DNA of 64,000 nucleotides from Dictyostelium discoideum (GCA_000004695.1 CM000155.2:1312001-1376000), one strand, 5' to 3'; numbered from the stretch's first letter, positions 35,049 through 48,285 are shown. A program made the numbers and translations. The notes: generated by a model from the letters alone, not told the origin.

Positions 35049-35696
35049 GTTATTATTATTACTACCACTACTATTGCTATTGCTATTATTATTGGTAGTG
35101 GTTGGATTTGTTTTGGGTTGGTTAAATGAAGATGATAGTGGTATACCAACAGGTCTTAAGAAGCCACTATTTGTAGTTGTTATACTATTACGAGTATTAT
35201 TTGAAGCGTTACGTAGTAGATGTTGTTGTTGTTGTTGCATTCTAGATAGCATACCACCACCAAATGATGATGGGGCTGATGAAGGTTTAGTAAATCCTCC
35301 ATTATTTGGACTACTAGACATACTAACACTTGCATTTGAATTTTTTATACTTGTCGAAGAGGATGATGATATACTCGGGGTTGGTGTTGGACGTGCTGAT
35401 TGTTTAGAAATTAAACCCTTTTTAAATGAATTGTTTGCGCTATTTCCTGCACTATTGTTATTGCTATTGCTATTGCTATTATTGCCTGTACTACCAATAA
35501 TTACAGTGGTGGTTGTTGGTATTGGTATTGGGGTTGAAGTGGTTGGAGATGAAGTTGTAATTGTTGACTTTTGCTTCAATGATGAAGAAGAGGAAGAGGA
35601 AGAAGAGGAAGAAGTTGGTGATTGTTTTGAACTTGGTATATTTATTGCTGTAGATGGTGGCTTACCACCATTCTGTTTTTTATTAGATTCCATCAT
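29999..35696 (-). CDS. Large SF2 helicase/translocase resembling the R subunit (HsdR) of type I restriction enzymes, fused to a C-terminal armadillo-like repeat region. About 1825 aa. Exons 33341..35696, 32935..33230, 29999..32824.
   Basis: Genuine ATG at 35696. Exon 1 has an S/T/N-rich N-terminal region, then Walker A (YLIQHAAGSGKSHT) ...VVISTMQKFSKV ... ISDDIRS. Exon 2 has FCFTSTPKPKALELFG (motif III). Exon 3 has SSGFDEPSLAVMYVDRALKGASAVQTIGRLSRV (motifs V-VI; compare HsdR MLLTGFDxxxLxTLYVDKxLxxHxLxQAxxRxNR) and later armadillo/HEAT-like repeats (ILGILTNKG...ALDLLALVASQDEV...LLENNGIPLITTLLES...ALRCLVALAQ). Two 110-nt introns (GTAAAT donor at 33340 with AAAAG acceptor, GTATGT donor at 32934 with AAAAAAG acceptor). 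Their phases (1 and 0) were verified against the track frames. Confidence 0.8.
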
Positions 35697-36679
35697 ATTT
35701 TTTTAACTAGTTCATATATATAATTTTCTGGCGCGTCTTTTTATTGTATTTTTTTTTAATATATATATTACTATTATAATTATTTTATATGTGTGAGCTT
35801 TATATTATTTATTTGTTGTTTTTTTTGTTTTTTATTGTTTTTTTTTGTTTTTTTTTTTATTGTTTTGTTTTGTTTTTTTTTTTTTTTTTTTGTTTTTATG
35901 TGTTGTTACAATTTTTTTTATTATGCACAAAAGAAATAAACCTTATTAAAAAAATGAAATTTAATAAAAAGAAAAAAGGAAAAAGAAAGATGAAAAAATA
36001 TATAAAGAAATGAAATTGTGCGAATGTGTTTGTACAAGTAATTGAAAAAAAAAAAACAAAAAAAAAAAAAAAAATTTAATTTAATTTTTCAAATTAAAAA
36101 AAAAAAATAAAAAAAAATAAAAAAAAATAAAAAAAAAATAAAAAATAAAAAAAAATAAAATTAAAAAAAGATATTTTTTAGTGAATGTGTAATGTGAAAA
36201 AAAAAAAAAATTATATTACTTTATTTATTTATTCATTTATTTATAATTATTATTATTATTTTTTTTAATAATTAAACATAATTATGTTCATATGTTCTTT
36301 TTATTTTTTTCATATTTTGGAAATCAAATCGTTGGGGTTATTGGGGAAATATTAAAAAATAATTTGATTTTTTTTTTTAATTTTTTTTAATTATTTTTTT
36401 TTTTCCTCAAATAATATCTTATCAAAAACGTGGATGTTTTTTATTTTCCTATTTCAAAATATTTTTTTTTAAATTTATTTTGAAAATTCAAGATATTTAT
36501 TATTTTTTTTTTTTTGTTGTTTTTTTTTTTTAAAGAAAAAAACATTTAATCTCGAGAAGGTTCTTTTTTTATTTTTTTTTAAAAAAAAATAAATATAAAA
36601 GGGTTTTTTTTTTATAATCATTATCTTCACAATCAAAATAAACAAACAAATAAACAAATAGATAAATAATAAAATAATA

Positions 36680-37786
36680 ATGCCACAAAAATTTTATTTA
36701 TTAATATTAACAGTTTTTTCAATATTATTAACAAAAATTAACTGTGAATTACAATTACCTTACTTTTATTCATTTGAAAGTACTGGAAATTTTCAAGTTA
36801 TTAATGTTGAAACTAATGAAGCCGTTTTAAATAGTACACTATCGATTGATTTACAGGTTTTATTAGTTTATGGGTCAACTATTTCCACAGTTTCAAATAA
36901 ACCAATTTTTAATTTATTCGTTTCAGAAATAAATAGTAGAGTTTTCTATACAATTGATTATGATTCAGATTCCAATCAATTTAGTAATAAAAGTGTACAA
37001 TTAACGTTACCAACTACTCTTGGTTTTGAATACGACCCTTCAACATTTTTCTACAACCCAGTTACAAATTCATTCATTTTACCTTGTCACATTGATGGTT
37101 TAACTCAAAATGTTTTATCCTTTATTGAATGGGATTTTAAAAATTCAAAAATGTAATTACACTTTATATTAATTTATAAATTTAATAATTATTTATTTTT
37201 TTTTTATTAATTTTTTATTAATTTTTTTATTTATTTATTTTTTTTTTTTTTTTTTAGAAATACTTATAAAAATGTAGAAAGTTTTAAATATATGACACTT
37301 CCAATATCAGCATATAATCCATATACTGATGAATTATTTACATTTTTAACAGGTCCAAATAATGCACCATATGTTCAAATTAATATGAATAATTCATTTT
37401 CAGTTGATAATGTAAAGGTTATTAAATTCCCAAGTAAGAGTGCAACATTACCAAATATTGGCAACATATTTATAAATACACAAGGTGGGTTAGTTGGTAC
37501 TGGCTATATTGAAGGAACATCGGAATTGTTTGTTTGTGAAATTGATTTCAAAACATTATCATGTTCAATCGAATATACAACTTTAATTTCATCATTTGAT
37601 AATAATTTCTCTGTAATTTATCCATCATCAGATTTATCTTATTTAATTATATTGGTTGGAAATGGTTTCAATTGTGATACTATTGAAATTAATTATTTAA
37701 ATTTATTTACATATAAAGTAGATTATACATTTAAAATTAATAATTTCTTTAAAAATCCTCAAGATAGTCCAGTACTTTTTTTCTAA
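36680..37786 (+). CDS. secreted protein of unknown family (about 334 aa). Two exons, 36680..37152 and 37258..37786.
   Basis: ATG with an N-terminal signal peptide (MPQKFYLLILTVFSILLTKINC). GTAATT donor at 37153 (phase 2) and TTTTTAG acceptor at 37256-57. Both track ORFs join in frame. Confidence 0.6.
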
Positions 37787-38473
37787 AGTTAGTAAAAAAA
37801 ATAATTTTTTCCAAAATAAAATTTATTTTAAATATTTCCAAAAAAAAAAAATTACAAAAACAAGATTTAATTTATTTTTTTATTAGGTTTATTTTTTTTT
37901 TATTCCCATTTTACTTTTTTAGAAGTTTTAAAAAAAAAACCAGAAAGAAAAAAGATTTTAAACCAAATTATTTTATGGTAGGGATCTTCACTGAATTTTT
38001 TTTTTTTTTTTGAAATTAAGCAAAATTTAACAAAATTTTATTATAATAAAAAGAAAAAAAAAAAAATTATAAATTATAATAATAAATAAACTAATTATGA
38101 TTTGGACTATTTCATATTTTACTTGGAAATTAAAAACAGAAATTATAAAGAAGTTGAAAAATAAACTTAACTGAAATTAAATAAATTATTTCAAAGAATG
38201 AGAAAATAAAAAATTTGAAATTTTGTTAAAAATAAAAAAATAAAAAAAAAAATATTTTGGAAAAAAAAAATATCTTAAAATTACGTATTATTAATCAAAA
38301 AAAAAAAAATTGTGGGTTTTTTTTTTTTTTTTTTTTTTTTTTTGTTTTTTAAACTAAAAATAAAAATAAAAAAAAAACAAAAAAAATAAAAAAAATTAAA
38401 AAAGATTTAAATAATTAATTTTTTTTTTTATATATATAAATTCATTATAGTTATCACAACCAAATTAAATAAT

Positions 38474-39510
38474 ATGAAATTTCATTATTCAATTTTTTTA
38501 TTTTATTTTTTATTTTTTTTTAAAATTATCAAATGTGTAGATGTGGAGTCATCCGATTGTATGTTATTAATTTAATATTTTTTTTAATACCATTATTGGA
38601 ATTTAATTTTAATTTATTTTTTAATTTATTTTTGAACCCTTTTTTTTTTTTTTTTTTTTTTTAAAAAGTAACTTGTTTAAATAATTTAGGGTTAAAAACA
38701 TTCGTAGATGAATTTATTTCTCCTGATATTCAATCAAAATTTTGCACATTATCATTCAACAATTGTTTTTCAAATGGTTCAATAAGTGATTTGGTTCTTC
38801 GTCAAAATAACACTGAACTTTTATCATGGAGTGATTTCAGTTGTTTTTCATCAATTAATACACTCAGATTATATAACTCCTATATAGAATCGGATTTTAT
38901 ATATAATCCAATTTCAACAATCAAACAATTGTAATATAAATTTTAATTTAATTATAAAAATTATAATTTATATTAACTATTACTTTTTATATTTTATTTT
39001 TATATATAGATATTTATATCCAAAATCTAATATTGATTCAATTTATCAAGTGGTTCCAAAATATGATGTATTAACATTAAGCAATTTAACAAATTCATAT
39101 GTTTTAAAAGCATCATATTTAAAAAATGTTAAATTTCTGTGAGTAGAAATTGTTTTTATTAGTTTTTTTTTTTTTTTTTTTTTCTGGAACCTAATTTTTT
39201 TTTTTTTTTTTTTTTTTTTTTAGTAATATATTTGGAGGTTTTATTATATTTGATACTGAAGGAGATCAAAGTAATAGTGAATTAGAATCTTTAAGCTTCA
39301 CTTCAGATTCACTTCCAATTTTAACAGGTTTTCCAAAATTAAAACAATTATCAATATACTCTGGCCAAAATTCAATTTTCAACGAATCTTCATTAGGAAA
39401 TTTGGTACCTCTAAATAAATTAACCTCTTTAACAATTGATATAAATACACCAGATGTAGATATATTTAGCCATATAATTTCAATATCTAATTCTAGTTTG
39501 TTAAATATGT

Positions 39511-39552
<42 letters not shown>

Positions 39553-42123
39553 TTATTCTAATTGTTTTTATTTTTTTATTTTTTTAAAAAATTAAAAAGC
39601 TATTTTGGAAGTGGCATTAAAATGGGACCAGCAAAACAAAAATATGATTTTTCAATTTTTGAAAATATGACTCAAATTTCATTATTTGGAGATAATAAGT
39701 ATTTCAATTTTGAAGGACAATTTCCATTCTCTTCTTTACCACCAAAATTGACATATCTTATATTTCCAAATGGTAATTTTTCATTCCCAGATATTAAATT
39801 TTTTGAAAATTTTACAAGTGTCGGGTTCAACTCTATTTCCAGGTCAAATGTTTATGGTACACTACCAAAGTATACACTATCAAAGAAAGTTTCATTTTCA
39901 ATGAGTAATAATAAATTAACAGGAACAATTGATAAAAGTTGGTGTAATATCAATTCAGATTTTTCAAATAATCTATTTAGTGGTGAACTTCCTGAATGTT
40001 TTTATTGTTTTTTAAATGATTCAAGTGTTTCAAAGTTTTTAAAAGGAAATAGTTTTACAAATTTTAATACAAATAATCAAGATTGTGGATATTGTAAGTA
40101 GTATTTTTGTTATTTTTTTTAAAAAAATTAAAAAAAAAAAAAAATTTAATTGGTTATTAATTAACAATAATTTTAAATTTTTTTTTAATAGCCCAAATTT
40201 CAATATATAGTATTAAATTTAGTGCTTTGGGGATATCATTTAATATTTATGGTAAAAATATGGGACATTATCAAAATATAATTGCAACTCCTCCTTTAAC
40301 TTTAAGTGATAATAATCTTGATGGTTCAATTTCAGGTTATTTGTCAACACCTGTTGGAAATTTAAAAACAGTTGAATTTAGATTAAAATCACCAGGAATA
40401 AACTTTACTATTGCTGTAAAACCTGAAAATCCTACAATAGATAGTATCACTCAAAATAACAATACATTTACTATTTATGGTACTTATTTCTCATATAATC
40501 AATCATCAATCAATGTTATTATTGGAAATAATATTTGTAATGTTTTCTCATCAACATTTTATCAAATTCAATGTGAAATTGGCTATCCTGTTGTTGATAA
40601 AGGTATTATCAATCTAAAGGTAACAGTCGAAGATAAATTTTCATCAAGTAAATCATTTGAAATAACTCAAACTAATCAACCATGTCATCCAAATGATTGT
40701 AATGGAAATGGTGTTTGTGATCATGTTTATGGTGTTTGTAAATGTAATAGTAGATGGGTTACAATTGGAAATCAAATTTGTTTAATTACAAATCATTTCA
40801 TTTCATCATCTACTCAAGTTGATTCAACAACAGGTGGTAATATAACGTTATATGGTTCCTTTGGACCTGATCATCTATCATACCAATTAATAATTGATGG
40901 TTTAAATTCAACAATCTTTTTTATTGATGATAATTCAATTCTAACATCAATAGAACCGGGTACAGGTGGAAAATTAATAACATTCATTCAAAACAGTATT
41001 ACATGGAGTGGTACAGTTTATCCATACATTATTAAATCTTTCAAATGTCCAAACGATTGTGGTGGAAATGCTCAAGGTAACTGTAATACATTAAATGGTC
41101 AATGTGATTGTTTAAAGGGATATACTGGATTCGATTGTAGTCCATTACCAATTGTTAAAACAAAAGATGAACCATCATCAACAACATCGGTTGCTTCATC
41201 AGGTTTAACAACAATCTCAAATGAACAAACTGGTTATCAACTTTCAATTAACTCTGTGGTTGAAATTGATTTTAATGGTAAAGAAATTCCAAATTCTTTA
41301 ATTAAACTTTCAGGTAATTGGAAATTGGAAAGTAATCAAAACTCAATTTCAATATTTAAACAACAAGTAGAAAATACTATATTTATTTTAACTATTGAAG
41401 AGATTGAAAATTCTGATAAACAATTCTCATTTGCTGGTAATAATTTCACAGTTTCTAAAGGTGGTATTAAAATTTCTTTCTCAATTTCAAATTGGAATTA
41501 TCAAAGTAATTTAAATACACTTAGAGTAGAAATGATATCAGATATTAAAATCGATGAAAATAAAGATATAAATAGCTGTAATGATGATAATAGTCAGCCA
41601 TCATTTGAATCATCATCAAATTCTCAAAGTGATACTGGTAATTTAAATTATCTTAAATTTTCAATTAATGGTAAAATACTTCAAGGTAGATTCCAAGATA
41701 AAATGCTATCCGATGGTAGACCAACTTCAACATTTTCAAAAGTATTATCTAAAACTAATAATATGGTAACTCTTGGTTTAGATTTACCACATTGTATTGA
41801 ATGTTTATTAGATCCTGATTTTTCAGTTTTGTGTATGTATTTTTTTTTAAAAAATATTATTATTAACTATAAAAATAAAATTATACTAATCTATTTTCAT
41901 TTATAAAATTTTAGTGAGCCCAGATTTTAAATCATCAGATTCTTGTAAATCAGATGATAAAAAACCATGGTTAATTCCTGTTGTAGTTGTCATACCAGTT
42001 GTTGTAGTTGCAACCATCATTACTGTTATTATTGTATTGGCAAAGAAAAATAGTGTTAAACTTAGAATTGGTTTGAGAAATATTTCAATGGGTTCAGTCA
42101 AAAAGGATCATTCAAGAAAATAG
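38474..42123 (+). CDS. Type-I transmembrane glycoprotein with an N-terminal LRR-like region, beta-sandwich (IPT/TIG-like) segments and two EGF-like Cys modules; possibly Tgr-like. Proposed exons 38474..38558, 38669..38928, 39010..39138, 39224..39508, 39600..40093, 40192..41832, 41915..42123.
   Basis: Signal peptide MKFHYSIFLFYFLFFFKIIKC. LRR-type segments (L..L.L..N.L.G.IP..). EGF-like CHPNDCNGNGVCDHVYGVCKCNSRW and CPNDCGGNAQGNCNTLNGQCDCLKGYTGFDC. Many N-glycosylation sequons. C-terminal TM helix (WLIPVVVVIPVVVVATIITVIIVLA) with a short basic tail. The phases of exons 3-7 were verified against the track frames. Exon 2 shows an apparent frame discontinuity near 38865-38885 (see findings). Confidence 0.6.
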
Positions 42124-42214
42124 AACAGAATAAAAATAAAAATAAAAATTAAAATTAAAATAAAAATAAAAATTAAAAATAATTTTCGTTCGTTTTTTTT
42201 TTTTTTTTATGATT

Positions 42215-42247
<33 letters not shown>

Positions 42248-42448
42248 TTTCAATTTTGTTTTAAAATAGAGATTCATATATTTATATAACTTTTTAAAAA
42301 AAAAAGGGGAAGAAAAAATAAATTAAAAGTTGATTTAAATAAACCTTTACAAGGAACAGCAACAGTACAATCAAAAGAAAAAACTACATTAAAGGTAATT
42401 GATCCAATAAAGAATTTCCCAGAATTACAAAATAAACCAGAACTTGAA

Positions 42449-42640
42449 ATGGCAAAATTACTTCAAATGTCTGAAAAAGTTAATAAAGATGAATTAGAAC
42501 CAATTGAAAAATATAATATAGAAAATGGAAATAATGATGATGAAGATAATGAAGATGAAGATGATAAAATGGAAGATGAAGACGATGAAAATGATGAGAA
42601 TAAAAACAGTGAAAAGAAGATGTCACATAGAGAAAAGTAG
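42449..42640 (+). CDS. small acidic protein (63 aa, D/E-rich) of unknown function
   Basis: First in-frame ATG of an ORF open from 42290. No obvious splice partners. A K-rich ORF without ATG (…KRKLKNEVVTLKEQRKKCKK…KKKKL*) lies at about 42680..42870, in a frame that cannot be joined by the nearest GT/AG pair. Confidence 0.3.
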   Translation: MAKLLQMSEKVNKDELEPIEKYNIENGNNDDEDNEDEDDKMEDEDDENDENKNSEKKMSHREK

Positions 42641-43056
42641 ATATTTATCAATTTTTTTTTTTTTTTTTAGAAGATTTTAACTTACTAATAAATAATAATA
42701 ATAATAATAGGTTTTTATTAAAAAGAAAATTAAAAAATGAAGTAGTAACATTAAAAGAACAACGTAAAAAATGTAAAAAGACAAACTTTGTTCAAAAGAA
42801 AGAGAAGAAATCACTTTCACAAGAAATTCATGAAAAAGTAAATGCAACCTTAAAAAAGAAAAAATTGTAAATAAAAAAAATAAAAAGAAAATTTAGTAAT
42901 TCCATATGAAACTTAAAAAAGTTAAAAGATGATAGTTAGGACCTGAAACACTTTTTTTTTTTTTTTAAAAAAAATTTATAGAAAAGAGAAAACTTAAAAA
43001 ATACAAAAAGGATAAATTTAAATATACAATTATAATTTATTTAAGAGATCTACTTT

Positions 43057-43091
<35 letters not shown>

Positions 43092-43097
<6 letters not shown>

Positions 43098-46000
43098 AGT
43101 AGTAATTATAAAAGTTCTGATTTGCATTGGAGAAAAAGTAAAAACAAAACCATTTGAAGAATCTTCTTTAGTTGATGATGATGATTTATGATCATAGTTT
43201 TTACCATCAACAGTTTTCCATTTTAATCTTGATAAATTTGATAATTTTTGAACACCAGTTAAATTCATTTCAGTTGCAGAAGTGATTGTAATTGTTGAAA
43301 AGATAGTTGAAAGATCTAAAGTGATAGTTTGTGGATCTTGTGAATCTTGACCATCAATTTGATAAATATTTTCAATACGTAAAAGTATGGTATTATCTTG
43401 ATTATCTAACCATTGTAGAGTTTGAATCTTTAAACCATTTGGTAAAGGTGAGGCTGAAGTCAATGGTGAGTAAACACCTTGATATTGAGAATTCCAATCG
43501 TTTGAAGATTGTTGAGTGGTTGTAAACATTGGGAGTAATGGATGTGATAAAGAGAGTGCAGCAGGACGATAATGAGATTGAGCATAACTTGAAATATCAT
43601 GGAAAATCAATTTACTAGTTGTAACGATTTGAGTTGACTCATTCATTGGTTGACCAACACCACGACCATCATCTTTCAAAGTACGACGATGCATCATCAT
43701 ATCCAATTGACCATCTCTTAACGATGCACATCCACGACTTCTATCAGTGACAATGGTGAATTGTAATGATTGATTAGGATCTTGAATGTAGGCAATAGCA
43801 TTCACAGGTACATAATTACCACTGGTTGGTTGAACCACGGTTAAATTCCATGATGGACGATAGTTGGTTATTCTCTTTTGCATTTCCATACCTTGAGAAT
43901 CGGAATACCATGTCTGGTCAGTCACCAATGTAGTGGTATAACGTGATACAATCTCTTTACCAATTCCATCACTAATATCAATTGGACCAATGATTTCTTC
44001 AACCTCTAAATGATCAGCATTTGAATATAATCTAAAGGTTTGAACCATTTCATTTGACCAAAATCTTCTAATACTTGATGAGATTTCACCTCTAATAATC
44101 GATACACTTGGTGTGGCATTATTGTAAGGATAAGCAAAATCTTCAACAGGTCTAAAGATATAAGCACCACTACATTGAGCAGAATCATCATTACCAACAC
44201 TTGGATTATACCAAATATATTCTTGAGTAATTGATGAAGTAACCCCTGATGTTTTATTAGTAATTGAAAGTATTGAACCATCTTGAGAACTAAATTGAAC
44301 GTTAATATAATCATTCTCTAATATAATTGGATCATTATATGATACTTTTTCATTAATTTTACCACCACCTGAAACTATAATTTCATCTTGAATTATTATT
44401 GCTGGAATTGAATTTGGTTCAACAAAATCAGATGCTGTAGATGTTATAATATAGGTTGAATAACCTAATGGTGGGATTGTGGCTAAAAACTCTAGAATAA
44501 AGGTACCATTAATTTGATTAACTTGAGATGTAATTGAACCATTGGATGAGGAAGTTACTGTAACATTTGCAATTGGAATTGGAATACGAACTGGTTCATT
44601 ACGAGTCCAACTTAAACTATTATAAATTAACACTGGAACTGAGGTACCTGATGAAAGTGGATCAGTTGCTGGACAAATACTTTGATTTAATAATGGGCAG
44701 AAGGAAATGGTTGGAGTGGCAGCGGCCGATTTTGAATTACCATTGGCAGTTAGTAATGTGCCAACAACTGTATTAATAGTTTCCAATGAAGCACAATTAC
44801 CAATTGAAAGACGTTCTGCATAATCATCTGCAACATGTTGTTGTTCTGTTCCTGATACGGCATCATGATGTTGAGCAATACCCATTACCTCTCTCATTAT
44901 AACAATGTCATCAACCAATTGTTCAGATCTACTACTTGGCATAAGATTACTACTAGTTACCAACATTTGTTCAACTACATGTAATAGAGCATTATTTTGA
45001 CGAACGTAGCCTTTCAATGCTGGACGACTAACGAAATAACCAGTCCAATAACTAAATTCATTATCAGCATATGGGAAGAGATCATCAGTTTTCACTTCCC
45101 ATACTAGATTGGCATCATTTACAGCATCTATATAAATTGATGGAGTTGAATATAACAAATTTAAACCATATTTATCCGGATTTGAATTGATATGTGCGAT
45201 TAGTTTGTCAATGTTTTTGTAATACATTTGAGCGTTAAGGTAAGCGAAATCACAACCAAATGGAATTAGTACATTATTGGTACGATAATGAGTTGCATAT
45301 TCAAGTGCCACTTGAGTGAACTGTTCAGCTCTTGAGTCTACGTTATTATCGAATAAATTTGGGTCATCTTGAATTGGGTCATCACCTTGCTCAAAGTTGA
45401 AACCATCTGGAGTACAATACATTGCACGTAGTACTGATGTGAAAACTTGATTCTCTGGTGTACTTTGGGTCGATCTCCACATGAACTCCATTTGCTTATT
45501 CTCTAAACGAGCTTCGATATCTTGATAATCCATACGACCGATAATGAATGCATCGAATCCTAATTGACCAAAGATACGAGCTTGTGTTGCACTATGGCCA
45601 AATGGATCTATGTGCCAGCCTATCTTTGGCATAACTCCGAAATTCTCCCAAAGGAATTGATGGCCCAATGTCATTTGGTCAATAGTATCGTCATAGTAGG
45701 TAGTAGCCTCATCATTCATACAATACCCACCATTTATGAATTCCAATTGACCACTTTCAACCAAACCCTTAACAATATTTTGCATTGTTGTACTTTGTTC
45801 ATCCCACCATCTTTGGAAAAATGCAATTTCAACATAAATAAACTTTCTTTCTGGATTTGCCAATAAACAGGTAATGGCTGTATCCAAAGTATATTGAACA
45901 CCTGCAAATGCAATTGACATATTTGATCCATAATAATATTCATCAACTGTTTTTAACCAACCAACATCCTATTATTTTTTTATAAAAAAAAAAAAATAAA

Positions 46001-46264
46001 AAATAAAAAAAATTAAAGATTAGATTTTAGAATAAATAAATATATTTTTTTTTTTTTTTCCTTTATTTTATTTTATTTTTTTTTTTAAAAAAAAAAAATT
46101 ATACATACATCATGAGTATGAGCAACAATATGAACATTTAATAATGTTGATGATAGTTTTGGTTTTGATTTTTTAATATCATTTATTTTTGTTTTTTTTC
46201 CATTAATTTCATTGATAATTAAAAACAAACAAAAAATTAATATAAATAATTTTTTTATTACCAT
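43092..46264 (-). CDS. manA: Lysosomal alpha-mannosidase (glycoside hydrolase family 38). Two exons, 46109..46264 and 43092..45968. Conceptual product 1010 aa.
   Basis: Exon 1 encodes the signal peptide plus ...NVHIVAHTHD, with a GTATGT donor at 46108. Exon 2 starts DVGWLKTVDEYYYG... after an AATAG acceptor. This is the classic GH38 HTHDDVGWLKTVD motif. Further matches: WHIDPFGHS, the GH38 central and C-terminal domains. Phases verified. Confidence 0.9.
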
Positions 46265-46350
46265 TTTTATGTGTGTGTGGCTTTTTTTTTTTTTTTTTTT
46301 TTTTAATGATTAAGTTATTAAAAAAAAAAAATTAATTTTTTCTTTCATTT

Positions 46351-46385
<35 letters not shown>

Positions 46386-46977
46386 AAATAAAAAATAAAA
46401 AAATAAAAAAATAAAAAAATTTGGTAGGGGGTTTTAATGATTGGAACCCATTCAACCAAAGATATTTTTTTATAAAATTTCATTTATGTAAAAATCTAAT
46501 AAAATCAAAAAAAAAAAAAAAACCAGGCTAAAAATAAATAATTTATTTTAAAATTAAAAAATAAATAAAAAATTAATTAAAAAATAAAAAAATCTATAAA
46601 CGGTAAGTGATAAAATTTATATTTTATTCATTTTTTTATTATCCGAAGATATTTTCGGTTGTTTATTTTGGGAAATTTAAAAAATTTTTATAATAATATA
46701 GTTTTACTTTCTTTATTCCTTTATTTTTTTTTATTTTTATTGTTATTTTTCTAATTTCTTCCTCTTTAATTAATCTTTATTTTTTTTTTTTTTATTTATT
46801 ATTATTTTTTTAATTTCTTCTTTAATTAATTTTTATTTTTTTTTTTTTTTTGTTTTCAATTTTTTTTTTTTTATTAATTTTTTTATTTTTTCAGTTTTTT
46901 TTTTTTTTTTTTTTTAATTCCTTAAAATCAAAAAAAAAAATAACTAAACAAATAGATGTTCATTGGTAGTGATTGCG

Positions 46978-48187
46978 ATGGACAAAGAAGTTAACTATGT
47001 CATTAGAAATCTACCATGGAATTTAGAGCAAGAGAAATTTCAAGCATTAATTGCTACATCCTATTCGCCTGACACTGTCAAAATCATTGAATATAACCAA
47101 GGTAAAAAGTAATAATTATTTCCACACAATAGAACACTTTTCATTTCATTTTTTTTTATTTCATTTTTTTTTAAAAAAAAAACTAATTAAAACATCTTTT
47201 TAAATAGAACAAAAAGAGATTTCATACCAACTAGAAGTTATGTAACAGTTTTTAATAAAATAGGTACAAAGAGCAGTGATTCATTTTTAGAGTTTATGGA
47301 TAATAGACCATTTGTAAATAATAAAGGTATTGAAGAATTGGCAATTGTTGAAAGTGCACCATTTAAAATTGATACAACTCAAGTAAAAAAGAATAATAGA
47401 ATGGGTACTATTGAATCATCTGGTACTTATCAAGCTTTCTTAAAACAATTAGACGCACCAACTGATTCAGTTCAAAATTTTAATGTTCCAAAAGGTTTGT
47501 TTTAATTATTATTATTAATTTAATTATTAATTTGGTTATTAATGATTATTAACGATTATTAACAACAATTTAATTTTTTTTTTTTAGAACAAACTGAAGA
47601 AGGTAATACACCAATTGTAGATATGATATTAAAAGGAGATGGTTCAAAGAAGAAAGGTAAATCTAAAAAAGATAAAACAGCAACAGCAGCAGCAGCAGTT
47701 TCAACTACAGCAGCAACACCTACAAAGAAAAAGAGGGAAAATAGATCTAAAAAATTAAAAAAGCAACTAAGATTACAACAACAACAATTACAACAACAAC
47801 AACAAAATGTACCAACTATGATTCTTTCATCTTCAACAGTAGTATCATCAAATATTTCTCCACCAGTTATTACTCCAATTAATACAAAACAACCAATAAA
47901 CAAACAACAAGGTGTTAATAATAAAGCTCAACAACCAAAAGATAAACCACCAAGAGAAAAGAAACCAAAGAAACCAAAGGTACCAAAAAATATTAATGCT
48001 CCTACAACAACACCAACAACAACAGGTTCAAACAATACTACTGCCTCAACTGTAGGTACAACAACAACAACTACAACAACAACTACAACAACTGGTGCAC
48101 CATTAAAAGAAAAACCAATAAGAGAAAAGAGACCACCAAGGGAAAAGAAACCACCCAAAGAAAAAAAGGTTACTACATCCCTACCCC

Positions 48188-48285
<98 letters not shown>

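Noticed and set aside
35047-35706. 219-aa plus-strand ORF (L/V/E-rich)
   Set aside because: It is antisense to the Ser/Asn-rich first exon of the HsdR-like helicase gene. It is a mirror of low-complexity codons, with no start context and no independent support.
38312-38319. Exact DUSE-like motif (ACCCACAA on the minus strand), the upstream element of Dictyostelium small ncRNA genes
   Set aside because: No snRNA or Class-I-RNA-like sequence (5' GTTG stem, CCTTACAGCAA box) lies 50-70 bp downstream on that strand. An isolated 8-mer match is expected by chance.
42335-42365. CCTTTACAAGGAACAGCAA resembling the Class I ncRNA conserved box CCTTACAGCAA
   Set aside because: The motif is interrupted, it lies inside an open protein-coding frame, and there are no flanking complementary stem sequences.
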